Below, piece by piece: positions 12,920-24,704 of a stretch of 64,000 nucleotides of DNA. The DNA is taken from the NCBI RefSeq assembly GCF_016433145.1, contig NC_058130.1, positions 776,208,791-776,272,790 on the forward strand, given 5' to 3'. Numbering within the stretch: position 1 is the first letter of the stretch; each line of letters opens with the position of its first letter. Source of the DNA: Gracilinanus agilis (lineage: Eukaryota). Made by a program: the position numbers and the translations under genes. A model generated the notes under the pieces. The model saw only the letters and a program-made list of their open reading frames with translations. It had not been told where the DNA came from and searched no databases.

Positions 12920-13530
12920 TAATTAATGAAAAAAGTTAGGCAAGAAGGAAGAATAGTACTGTTAGACTTCAGGCTATATCGTGAAACAACAGTCAGCAAA
13001 ATCATTTGGTATCAGTTAAAAAAAATAAAGTAGACAAGGGAGAATCAGAAATAATGGAACAACTGAACAACTCAATAATCCAATGTCTTAGAAATCCAAA
13101 AACATAAATTTCTTAAGGAAGAACTCCCTGTTTGATAAAAATTGTTGAGAAAACTGGAAAACAGTCTGTCTTAGACTAATACCTTGCTGCATAATAAATT
13201 CAAAATGAACATATTAGCTGACTATTAATGCTCAAACCATTAAAAACATGCCTTTCTAGATATGAGCAGGAAATGAATTCTTAACCAAACAAAGGACAGA
13301 GGCAAATATGAAAGATAAAATAGATAATTTGATTATGTGGATTTGAAAAGCTTTTGCACAAGCAAAATGAATGCATCTAGCCCAAGAAAGGAAGTAATTG
13401 ACTAGGTAAAAAAGATCTTTGTATCTGATTTGTTGGATAAGGGTTTGGCATCCAACATATGCGGACAGCTAGCAAAGTATGTGAAACCAAAAACCATTTA
13501 CCGAAAGGTAATCAAAGGATGTGAACCATA
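12920..13530 (+). mobile_element. Old LINE-1 ORF2 fragment
   Basis: ctgtttgataaaaattgttgagaaaactggaaaacag... L1 ORF2-like, with many disabling mutations. Confidence 0.75.
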
Positions 13531-13764
13531 CATTAAAATACAGAAGTAACAGACTCCTGGCTAGAGATGGAGCAAAGGGGAAAGAACAAGCATTTATATG
13601 CACCTGCTATGCATCAGGCACTGTTAAAATGCTTTACAGATATCTCATTTGTAACACAGGCTAGTAAGAATTTATTTGCCTGAAGTCTTATAAATCTAAT
13701 CAAAGGGGCTTTGGATTAAAAGGGGGGCTTCATCTATCTATTGATTAGGCCAGATACCATAGAG

Positions 13765-13969
13765 CAGGGGTTGGCAATGCATGGCTCTCGAGCCATATCT
13801 GGCTCTTTTGAGGGCCAGATACGGCTTTTTCTGCAGGAGCCATCAAGTCCAATTTTTTTCAGGCGCTGTTACAGGAGCGGCACTGCGAGCACTGTACGGC
13901 TCTCACGAAATTACATTTAAAAAATGTGGCATTTATGGCTCTCACGGCCAAAAAGGTTGCCAACTCCTG
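13765..13969. mobile_element. Young non-autonomous hAT MITE (205 bp)
   Basis: TIRs CAGGGGTTGGCAA / TTGCCAACTCCTG (12/13); perfect 8-bp TSD CCATAGAG at 13757-13764 and 13970-13977. Confidence 0.95.
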
Positions 13970-14828
13970 CCATAGAGAGTCAGTACAATGTGGGACATTT
14001 AAAATAGATAGTGGCCAAAAATGTCTAAGGAGAGAATTGAGCAATAAAATAAATAAATAAATGAAATGAAAAAAGGCCTGTTCATGGATGGACAGAATGT
14101 GGGTAATAAGCAAGCTGAATATGAGATGCTGATGTGAAAAAGATGTGGGAATTTTAGGCGACTCTAAACTCAACCTGAATTAATAGTGTGGTCATGGATA
14201 CCAACTGAGATTTTTGGCTGGTGAACCTAGTAAGAGAGACTGAGCATTCAGAAGGAAGGAGGGCCTGTTGTGCTTCGGTCTGGTCAGAGTCAGGCTGGAG
14301 GAGCAGGGGGAGAGCTAGATGCCAGACTTGAGGAAGGATGTGGACAATGTGGACAAAATGCCCCTTTTATGAAAAAGCAAAACAATAATTGTTATCATCA
14401 TAGCTGGCATTGACCTTGTGTTTGAGGGTTGGCGAAGCCCTTTACATATAGCATCTCCTTGATGTTCACAACAGCTTGGGTAGGTTAAGGCAGGTATTCT
14501 CTTTATTTAAATCGCAGTCTAGCAGAAGTCCATTCACATACATGTGTAGCTAAGCCATGACCAAAGTGGTGGTGGCTGTAGTAATGAGGAAAAGCGAGTC
14601 CCTTAAGGGCTGGGATTGGTTTTCATTTGATTTTCTGCCCTCTCTTCTGTAGCCCAGTGCCAGTACCTCAAGAATACATAAGTGCTCATTGAATTGAATT
14701 GACTGGCCAGAGGAGGGTAGCCAGAAGGTCAGAAGGCTAGTCTGGGCCATTCAGCAATGTCCCCAGTGTCATGGATTGAACTTGCAAGTTCCTTGCATTG
14801 CAATAAGTGCTTATAAAGTATTCGTAGA

Positions 14829-15016
14829 GGGGCAGCTAGGTAACTTAGTGAATAGAATGTCAGGCTTAGAGACAGGAGGTCTTGGGTTCAAATCTGGCCT
14901 CAGACAAATCTTGTGTGACCTTGGGCAAGTCACTTAACCCCAATTGCATATTCTTTACCACTTTTCTGCCTTGGGGAAGACAAAAGGTCAAAGTTTTTTT
15001 TGTTTTGTTTTGTTTT
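14829..15016 (+). mobile_element. SINE1_Mdo-type SINE
   Basis: ggggcagctaggt head; degenerate TSD taaagtattcgtaga (14814-14828) / taaagtcttgtaga (15017-15030). Confidence 0.9.
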
Positions 15017-15761
15017 TAAAGTCTTGTAGATTGATCATATATCCATCAGACCTTTGTTTCTCTTGGCTCATTGAACAATTGTCCAGTCAATCTTTCTAAT
15101 AAGGAGAAAGGGACCTGTACTTTGGAAATGCCTATGAAACAGCTGTGCTGAGGATGGATTGGGGGAAGGGGATCATAATTGTCATTGAAGTTGAGCAGGA
15201 AGAGATCTTAGAGGTCACAGGGTCTAACCCCTCTTTCTATAGATGTGGGTCCCCCCAGGCAGTAAGTGACAGAGGCAGAATTCGATCCCAAACCCTGGGA
15301 CCCAGTGTCCTGTTCTGCATATAGAACAGGGAGGAGCCTATCGAAATTGTCTGGGTGAGAGATGATAATGGCTTTAGAATTGAATCAAGTGGTTTTGTTA
15401 TTAAGAGGATGGGTTGAGAAATGGGAAGGCAGAATTCCTATTGACTGTTGGCAAATAATTTGACAATTGAGGAGGAGGGAGAGTGGGAGGTCAGAAGAGA
15501 AGACCAATTTCTGGGGTGTATATGTTAGTGATTAAAGAAGGCTTCATGGTGGAGGTGGCATTTGAAAGTGACATGGACAAGAAGAGGCAAATCCAGAAAG
15601 GTAGAAATGAAAAGGAAGGAAAGGACATTCCAGCTACAGCAAATGCTGAGAGCAGAACTGGAAAAGGTAGGGACATAGCCAAGAATCACAATATCTATCT
15701 AGCTATCTGTCTGTCTGTCTGTCTATCTATCTGTTTATTATCATATCTAATTTCTTTTTTT

Positions 15762-16378
15762 AATATTTTATTTTTTTAGGAAGATTTTCCATGGTTACAT
15801 GATTCTTGTTTTTACTTTCCCCATCACCCCCCTTTACGCCCCCCCCCATATCCAAAGTGCATTTCCACTGGTTTTAACATGTGTGATCAATCAAGACTTA
15901 TTTACATATTATTGATAGTTGCATTTGTGTGGTCGTTTAGTGTCATATCCCCAACCATGTCCACATCCACCCATGTGTTCAAGCAGTTGTTTTTCTTTTG
16001 TGTTTCCATTCCTGCAGTTCTTCCTCTGAGTGTGGGTAGCGTTCTTTTCTATAAATCCCTAAGAATTGTCCTGGGTCATTGCATTGCTGCTAGTACAGAA
16101 GTCCATTACATTCAGTTTTACCACCGTGTATCAGCCTCTGTGTACAATGTTCTTCTGGCTCTGCTCCTTTCACTCTGCATCAATTCCTGGAGGTCTTTCC
16201 AGTTCACATGGAATTCCTCCAGTTTATTATTCCTTTGAGCACAATAGTATTCCATCACCAGCATATACCACAATTTGTTCAGCCATTCACCAATTGAAGG
16301 GCATCCCTTCATTTTCCAGTTTTTCACCACCACAAAAAGCATGGCTATAAATACTTTTGTACAAGTCTGTTTATCTAT
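15762..16378 (-). mobile_element. LINE-1 3' end (L1_Mdo-like)
   Basis: T-rich tail and well-preserved 3' UTR; ORF 16118..16387 (-) is the ORF2 C-terminus-like WLNKLWYM..EYYCA segment. Confidence 0.92.
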
Positions 16379-16851
16379 GAGAATCACAATATTTAAATGC
16401 TAGAAATCCTTGGCAACTATCTGGCCCATTTTACAGATGGGGAGACTGAAGCCTTGAGACATTAGGGGACTTGCCCAAGGTCACACAGCTTGTGAGTGGT
16501 GGAGATGGAACTCAGGTCTGGGGCATCTGATCCCAAGGATCTTCCTTTCTCTGCCTCCATGATTAGAGAACAAGAAGTCACCCTTTTTGACTGAAGTAGT
16601 GGGAGATAATGGCTTAGTGTATGTACCTTTTGAAATGGTGGACTCCCCTTTGCTAGAGATCTTCAAGAGAATATTGCGTGGCAGCTGGTGATCAGGGATT
16701 CTAATGAGGGCATTTACGCTTTAAGTGGTGACCGTTGGGTGCTCTTCAAGCTCTAAGAGCCTGGGATTCTCTTCAGTAATACTTAAGCCAATTCACCCAG
16801 TTTTTGCTCGACTCCTGGCAAACCATGTTGTCATCTGGCTCTGAAGAGTGG

Positions 16852-17098
16852 ATGTTTAATTGTTCAGTTGTGTCTGACTCTTTGACTCCATTTGGGATTT
16901 CTTGGCCAAGATACCAGAGTGGTTTGCCATTTCCTTTTCTGGCTCATTTGACAGATGAGAAAGCTGAGGCAAACAAGGTTAAGTGACTTGCCCAGGATCA
17001 CATAGCTAGTAAGGGTCTGAGGCCAGATTTAAACTCAAGAAGAGAGGTCTTCTTGACTCCAGACCTAGCACTCTATGCACTGTGCTGCATAGCTGCCT
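16852..17098 (-). mobile_element. Mar1 SINE (CORE plus RTE-like tail)
   Basis: ttgttcagttgtgtctgactctttgactccatttggg tail plus CORE and head on the - strand. Confidence 0.85.
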
Positions 17099-17874
17099 TT
17101 GAAGAAGGGATAGATACAGTCATTCCTATCGGTGCCTAAATCTGGCCCTTTTTTGCTTCTTTAAAACTGGTGTCTTTTCCCACCCATCCCATTAAGTTGA
17201 GTTTCTCTAAGTGCTATGGGTTGAGCTAGGAAAGAAGCTTCCAGTTGGGTCCTCCTGCTTGACACCGATCTAGTTAAACAGTTTCCATCATTCCCATCCC
17301 ACCTGTGTACTACTTCATAGAGCCAGGTTCAGATTGTGAATCAGGGCTCAGGAGGATTGGGCCCACTCAAAGCACCATATTCAATACACAGCACCACAAA
17401 ATGGGTCTGATGATTCATTTTGCCAAGGATAACCCCCTCCAGCTCTAAATCTGTGATTCTTGTGGGCTAGCACTGTGTCGTAAGGCCTAGTGCCTTGGCC
17501 ATTTTAGGCAGTTTAATGGAGCTGTGAAGATTTTTTGATCCTGAGAATAGTAAATTGATGTTGGAAAATGTTCAAAAAAAGTTTGATCTCCATGAAATTT
17601 TATTCTGATTGATACCTTTGAATGTTTAGTTTAGTTACCTTTGTCTTTCCCATGCTCCAAAATCCTCAAAGGGCTTCTCCCTTTTACCTTCAGAATGAAA
17701 TCTGAAGCTTAGTATTTAAGGCCCTCCCTAAGAAGAATACCTGATCTTTGTGCATTTCCATTTATTCCATTCCTCCTCGCTGTTTGACTACCTCTTTCTT
17801 TCTTTCTGCTGTGTCCCTCCTCAGATATCCAATTGCCTTTGACCAATGCCTCTCCTAGTCACATCGCTTCCTGA

Positions 17875-18670
17875 TGTAAGAGGGAAAAGGGGGTTTTGGG
17901 TTAAATATATTAAAAGGTTAGGTCGTCAGGGAATTGAATAATTATCAGTTCCCAATTAAAGAATAACCTCAAGTTGAAATGACTTTTATGGAAGTTTATT
18001 TATAAATGAGAAGAGAGAGAAAGTAAGAAATATAGAGAGAGGATAAGGTAAGATAATTAACCTGACAAACTAAATAATTCGCTTAGGTCCCTAGTTTAAC
18101 CCAAGCAGATCTAACTAGTCCTCAATTGGAAAAAGGACAAGCCTTGAGCCAAGAGCGGAGGCCTGAAGGCCCCAGAGATGTATGAAGCAAAAGCTTTAGT
18201 CACAGAGTCTCTTTTGAAAGGGAAGTTCATTAAGAGAAGTTCAGGAAGATTCAGCCTTTACACTCACCATGTGGAATTCCAGAGGAAAGATTTAAGAACA
18301 GTCTCACCAAGATCTTAAGGTCCTAGGTCCAGGTCATGAACCAGAAGTGCTCCTTTAGGGTCCCATACATGAACCAGAAGAGCTCCTTAAGGTCCTGTTC
18401 ACGAACCAGAAGATACTGAGTTCATTGAACTCTCTTTTTAAAGGGGCCTCTTTTGTGTCACTTCCTGTGCCTTCCTCTTAGTTTATGTGTCCAATCACAA
18501 CAGAAGCTTTTCTTAGGACTGCGCAGGAGGCAGTCAGTAAATTCTGATTTGCCACTCACTCTAGCACAGGTGGGTTACAGACCACCCAACTTGTGAGTTA
18601 AATGGAGATGTTTTCACCTTTGGTGATTAAATCTAAAGATGGGCAGGGTAGATTTAATCTCATTATCACA
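17875..18670 (-). promoter_or_regulatory. ERV 3' LTR (796 bp) with promoter and polyA elements antisense to NF2
   Basis: CCAAT 18491-18495, ETS GGAAGT around 18459-18466, TATA-like TTTAAAAA 18442-18435, AATAAA 18000-17995 (- strand). Activity is inferred, not shown. Confidence 0.7.
18335..18412. repeat. Short tandem repeat in LTR, ~2.4 units of 32-33 bp
   Basis: CATGAACCAGAAG core at 18335, 18368 and 18400. Confidence 0.85.
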
Positions 18671-19159
18671 ATCCCCCCTGTGATCCTTTGGGAGACTCAT
18701 CTCCCCAGTTGATTATTTGACATGATCATCTTGTACCCCTAAAATTCTAACTACAGTAGTTAGAGATAAGAGGTAAGTAGAAGAGATAGAAAGAGAGAAA
18801 GATAAACCAATGTTTTGCTAGGCGCATTGACAAAAGGCCAATCAGGGGGCAATCCCCTTTGGCATAAGAGTTTACAATTCAAAATAATTGTATTCAATCC
18901 TCTCAAGTTCAATTAGTTGCACCCCAAAGTTCATTCTGGATTGTCTTGATTCCGTGTAGATTTCTGCAGGCATATAGTCCATTTTCTGGTTTCAAAGCAT
19001 TAGCAGGCTTCTTTTCCTGAAAATTTTCTCGAACAAAATTTTAAAACCTGGATTTTTATAAAAATATAATCCCCCTGAAGAGGGTATTGACTAACACCCA
19101 GATCAGCTCAGAATACACTACCCTACCCATCTTTAGATTTAATCTCATTATCACACTGA

Positions 19160-21275
19160 AGATGCTTCCTTATCCTCTCCCCTTGTCCTCTTAGTTCTAA
19201 ATTGGTCCACCTTCCAAAGGTCCCTCCCTTAGGCCTTCCCTTATACCTTTTAATTCTTATTCTATCCACTTTTTCCCAAATCCCTTACTTATCCCCCAAC
19301 TGTGCCCTTCTTGATTCCCTTATCCTCTCATCTTAACCCCTACTTCTTGATAGGTACTCCCCTCTAGGTATCCCTCCTTCCCCTCCCTGTTCCTATCTCC
19401 TTGTCCTTTCTTTTAACCAACCCTTTCTTCTTTTATTCTCTTTAGTTTCACCAAGGGGAGATTTGCAGTTTTTTCTGTATTTTTCTATTAGTGTCTTGAA
19501 TTTAAGAAAAATAAGCCTTTTTATTTAGTCTTCTTTAATATCATCATGCCAAAAATTAGTTCTGACCATGTTTTTAAAAAATTTAGTTTTAAGGACGAAT
19601 ATGTGGCATATTTAAAGACTGTGTCCAATGGTAAGTCATTCTTTTTTTTTTTTTTAATGGATCTAAAACTATTATGACAGACTTAAAAACAATTAATTTT
19701 GAAACTCTCCTGTCTATAGCTCTGGGGTTTAAAATTTCTTCACCTGTATTTGTTTTACTTTTCTCTTTGTGAAGTGAGAGTAACTGAGTGCCTCATACTT
19801 CTTGTTGCAGGATTGCTTTTTTTTTTTTTTAATTAACACTTAAATGTATGATGGCTTTTTAAGACTTGTAACTGTGAAATATCATTCTAGTTGAGTTGTG
19901 CAGAAATAAATATTTTAGATTTTTTTTTAAAAACCTCTCCTTATCCCACTCCCCTTCCTTCTTGTTTTTCTGTATGTCAAGATTTTAACCCTCCTAATTG
20001 TGTATGTTGTTCTTTCTTTATCACAAGTCTGATTAGAGTTGGGTTCTAGCTTATACTTTAGGGTTTTTTAGTTGTTTTTAAATTTAGATACTCATGTGCA
20101 TACATGTGTGCATGTAATAAGAAAAAATATGGTTTTTCTCTTCCTCCTAAACCCCTCTCCCTCCCTCCCCCCAGTTGAGAGTGATGCAAAAACAAAACCC
20201 TGCTTACTGACATTTGTAGTCAGATTTCTGCATTGGCTGTGTCTAAAATATAGTCTCACTTTTCTTGCTGATCCTTCATCTCTCTATCAGAAAGTGGGCA
20301 ATATTTTAGTCCTCTAACATTCTAATTGGTAATCAGGATTGATCCAAGTTCCCACTTCTTTCAGAGTTCTCTGTCTTCACTGTATTGTTGTCATTGTAGA
20401 AAATGTACTTTTGATTTTGTTCAATTTTTACAAGTCATCCCAGGTTTTTCTGAAATCATCTCCTTCATCATTTCTTACAACATAATAGTGTTCTTTCACA
20501 TTTATATACCTTTACTTGTTCAGCCATTCCTCAATCAATGGATGCCCCCTCAAAGTCTCATTCTTTACTACCTGAAAAAGAGACTAATTCCTCCCTTAAT
20601 CTGTCCTCTCTCTTCTCCTTTTCCCCTCCTCTTTTCCCTGTTGAGTGAAATGTCTTTTTGTGAGTGCGTCTCTGTGTGTGTAAGTCCAGAGCAAAGTCTG
20701 ATGGTTTCCTCTCTCTGCTTTAAGCTTTGTAAGTTCCTGATCTGTGTTTGGTCCACAACAGAGGTCTGCTGCTGAACTCAGCCATTATCAGCCAGCTGAG
20801 AAGCCTTGTTAGTTCTGGGGAACAGAGGTGTGGACTCCTCTTTGGTCTGATATTCCTGCCTTGGTTATTCCTCTGCAGGCTTCAGGTTGGACTATAAATT
20901 GGTATTGATACCCTGCTCTGTTCCTGGCATTGGAGCACACTTGTTGCTGTTTGCTTCTGAGTTTGTTCCTTTTGGCCTAGGACTTTTCCTACCCTACAAT
21001 GCCACCCCTTTCATCATCCACTCTGGATCTGTGACCCAGAACCTGGGTAGCAAGGGACAAAGCTCCTAACTAGGACCTGTTCCCTGTAACCTTTGATGGG
21101 ACCTCCTCTTGCCCTTTCTCTGGAGAGAATGTTCTGTCTGGTCTCTTTATGTGGACCTGGGCTGGGAAACGAACTCATTTTGACTTTTTCTTGGATTTTC
21201 CTGTCAGGATTTGTGTGGCGAATTTCTAGAACTATTTTGAGGAGCGAGGAGCCCACATACTCTGGCATCTTGTTT
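19160..21275 (-). mobile_element. Composite of old LINE-1 fragments, including a 5' UTR-like segment (~20620-21275)
   Basis: Antisense L1 3' motifs at 20120-20560; 5' UTR-like end ...actctggcatcttg. Confidence 0.55.
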
Positions 21276-23554
21276 ATAAAACTCTTTAAGTGCCTTCTTT
21301 CCTTTCCTCCAGCAGCTCTGTGAAGAAGGTGCTAGATTTCTTATCTGTTCTGCTTTACAGGTGAGAAATCTTCAAGGACTAGAGAAATTAAACAATTTGC
21401 TCGTGTTCTCATAGCTAGTAGATGTCAAAAGTGGATTCAGACCCAGCCTTCTGTCCTCTCAAGTTCAGGGTCCTTCTGATTATATATATCATGTTGCCTC
21501 TGGGCCTATACCCTGCCTTTCCTACCTTAGCTCAAATTTATCTCCACATTATTCTCCTCCACCCAAGTTTGAATAGATCCCTTTAGGCATTCCAGTTGCC
21601 TAGAACTGCTCTCCCTCATCTCTGCTTGTTGAAATCCTACCTAGTTCAGCTCCTCTAGAAAGCCTTCCTGTTTAGCACTTTGTATATCTCTTATGCCATT
21701 AGGGGTTTTGTTTTATTATAGCTGCCTTGTGTGTTTTGTTTTATCCTGTGTAAACTGTAAACTCTAGAAAGGTAAGAAGAATTCTTAGAAATGGACTCTC
21801 CCCACTACACAGTAGACATTTCTTATAAATTTGTTGTATTGATTTCACCATTAGTGTTTTCATCAACATAGCTAACCGTGAAACTTAGCCAAAAGGGAAA
21901 AAAGGCCAATGTCTTTGTAGGACCTCTGTCTGTTTACTTTTAGGCTTTGGGGCCTAGGTTCATTTATTTGCATGAGAGAAATAAAGTATGCCTAATGTGC
22001 TGGGAGCTCTTTGAAGAAAAATACTTTTAAATGCAAAGTACTATTTTTAAAATGCCCACAGCAAAACTAATTAGTCAGTTGAATAATATTTCATCAGTTT
22101 TGCATTTATTTCCCAGTTTCTATGGGCTGTTCAAGATGTTTGAAGTTTAGCCTTGCTTCTGGCTGCCCAGAATTGAATACTGCTTATTTGTAGCTATCTC
22201 CAGAATTATTCTCAGTAATTCAAACATTCCTAATTATTTGATAATTACTAAATGCCAACAGTGTGGAAAATACTGCAAAATTCTGTTTTGCAGATTCTAA
22301 TCACCATTTTCTTAGCTTGAAAGGTTTATTATTATACAGCCTAAACAAAGGAAAGACAGCAAAAATATATATAAAGTGGGATCAGGGTGCCTGTTAGTAC
22401 ATGTAATCTCTTAAAGAATGAATCTCAAGTCAGAGGTGAATTGCTTTTGCTTTATTTTTACTTAATATTTTTATTACAAACCTATAAGTAATCAAATGAG
22501 GAATAAAAAGCAAAGTTGTACAATTCAGCTTAATTATATCATGATATGTAAATCATAACAAATTAATAACAATAATTATTTTTTATTTCTATTCATAAAG
22601 TTTTGCTGCTATTATTATTTGGTTGTAGTCAGTATATGTTCTAGTTTTGTTTTCTTCTATATGAATTACTTTGAGTGTCTCCATATTTCTTTGTTGGCTT
22701 CTTGTTTATTTTTTTATGATGCAGTAATATTCCATTCTGTGAACATACTACAATTATTTAGTCACTTCCCCAACAATTGGAAATAGAACTTGTTGCCAGT
22801 TTTTCACCATTATAAATAAAACAGCAGTAAATTTTTTTTGTACTAGTAGGCTTCTGGAGAAATAATGACATCTTTGGGATCATTGAAAGTGCTGAGTCTC
22901 TGCTTGTTCTCATTGTTTTATTACTAATCTCTCCTTGTGGCCCTCCCTTTATGACTTTAGATCTCAAATGAATACTAGGGAGCTGGGAAGAATCAGAGTT
23001 GCATTTGGCACAAAGGGCCATAGAAAGATCCATGATGGGTAATAAATAGGCTAGAGTCTATCATTCATTTTAATTAAATATTTTATTAAAAATGTAGCCT
23101 TGCACTCCAATAGAACTAATTCCATTTGCTTTCGTAACTCTTGACACGTAAAAGTTCAATTTTAAACCATGATGGTTCAGAACAGTCTTTTAGTCACTCC
23201 TTCCAAGGCTTCTCCAGGGCTCTTTGATCCTGCATTATTTTGTAGAGTTTTTCCAGATTTCTTTTTAGCTTCATATTATTCAGTCTTACTCATTACAGTG
23301 TTATGATTATGTTCTCATATAATATAAATTAATGTGTTTTTGCCTCCATTTTTTTCTCCTGTAATCCTGTTAGAGCTGTAGATTGCTAGAATAGTCTGGT
23401 TTAAGAGGATAGTGTGTTCTGTATTGCCAGAGGCCTTTAGGATTACTCAAGTATGGGCTGATCTAGAAAGCTTTTGGAGTCCCTTCCAACTCTGAGAGTC
23501 TGTAATGCTTACATTGATAGGGTTTTTAAAAATTGAATGAGGATCCAAATGATG

Positions 23555-23785
23555 TCATTGTTGTTGTCCAGTCTTTTCAGTGACTCTCTATGACTCCATT
23601 TGGTGGTTTTTTGGCAAAGATATTGGAATGGTTTTCCATTTCCTTCTCCAGTTAGTTCTACAGATAAGGAAACTGAAGCAACTTGCCCAGGGTCAGACAA
23701 CTGGTAAGTGTTTGAGACTGGATTTGGACTCAAAAGGTGATCTTCCTGATTTCAGGCCTGACTCTCTGTATACTGCACCACCTAG
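23555..23785 (-). mobile_element. Mar1 SINE
   Basis: RTE-like tail (ttggcaaagatattggaatgg) plus CORE. Confidence 0.8.
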
Positions 23786-23869
23786 ATGGAAAGTCCAACA
23801 AAACTGTAACTAAAGAAATTCAGAAGGAGACAGTGCAAATTGTTGCTATTTTGTTAACATTTATTGGTT

Positions 23870-24275
23870 TTCTGGGAAGATTTATATGAACTGATTCAGA
23901 GTGAAGTGAGCAGAACCAGGAGAATATTGTGTACAGTAACAGTATTATTGTAGTGGTAGTCAACTGTGAAAGACTTAGCTGCTTTAATCAGCACAATGAT
24001 CCAAAACAATTCCAAAGGACTTATTATGAAAAATGTTTTCTACCTCTAGAGAGAGAACTCTTGAGTGCAGATTGAAGTATGCTTTTTTTCAACTTATTTT
24101 ATTTTTCTTGCCTCCCCTCTCCACATGGCTGATATGGAAATATATTTTGCATGACTTCACACATATAATTGATATTATAATTGCTTATCTTCTTAGTGGT
24201 TGGGGGAAGGTCCAGAGAGAAAGAGAATATTTGGAACTCAAAGTTTAAAAAGAATGTTAAAAACAAATAATAAAA
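23870..24275 (+). mobile_element. Old LINE-1 3' end
   Basis: gaactgattcagagtgaagtgagcagaaccaggaga motif and A-rich tail. Confidence 0.85.
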
Positions 24276-24499
24276 AAGGTTCATTTTTTTAGTTTTATCT
24301 TTTAGAAATACAGATATAAACAGTTTGGATTTTAGAGCTTTTTTTGGAGATTTGGCCCATTTTAAAAAATCGTGTTTAGCATTGGAATATTTAGAAGTGG
24401 ACTTTTAGATGTCAGATAGTTTTTAGTTTAAACATTTCCAGGGATAGACCACTAGAGTGATCAAAGATCTGGACCCTTTCCATGTGAGGATCAATGTCA

Positions 24500-24700
24500 G
24501 GAATTGGGTATACTTAGCCTGGAGAAGACATGGCTAAGTGGGGGACATGATATGATAATTGTTTTTAAGTTTTTTGGCCAAGAGGACAAGAACAAAGAGT
24601 CATTAATGAGTAAAATATGCAAATTTAAGTTTGATATAAGGAACTATTTCCTAATAATTGGAGCTATCCAGAAAAGAAATAGACTGCCTGGGGAGGTAGC
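24500..24700 (+). mobile_element. L3/CR1 3' fragment
   Basis: ttagcctggagaagac...tttgatataaggaactatttcctaataattggagctatcc. Confidence 0.6.
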
Positions 24701-24704
24701 CAGT

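Larger units (their letters stand above)
17875..19155 (-). mobile_element. Internally deleted ERV (class I-like): full 3' LTR, short internal remnant and 38-bp 5' LTR stub
   Basis: TG...CA ends; 4-bp TSD CTGA (17871-17874, 19156-19159); polypurine tract ACAGGGGGAT (- strand, 18680-18671) abutting the LTR; LTR start TGTGATAATGAGATTAAATCTA present twice (from 18670 and 19155). Confidence 0.88.

Noticed and set aside
18335-18412. 32-33-bp periodic repeats as a CRISPR-like array
   Set aside because: Contiguous tandem units without unique spacers, inside a mammalian LTR.
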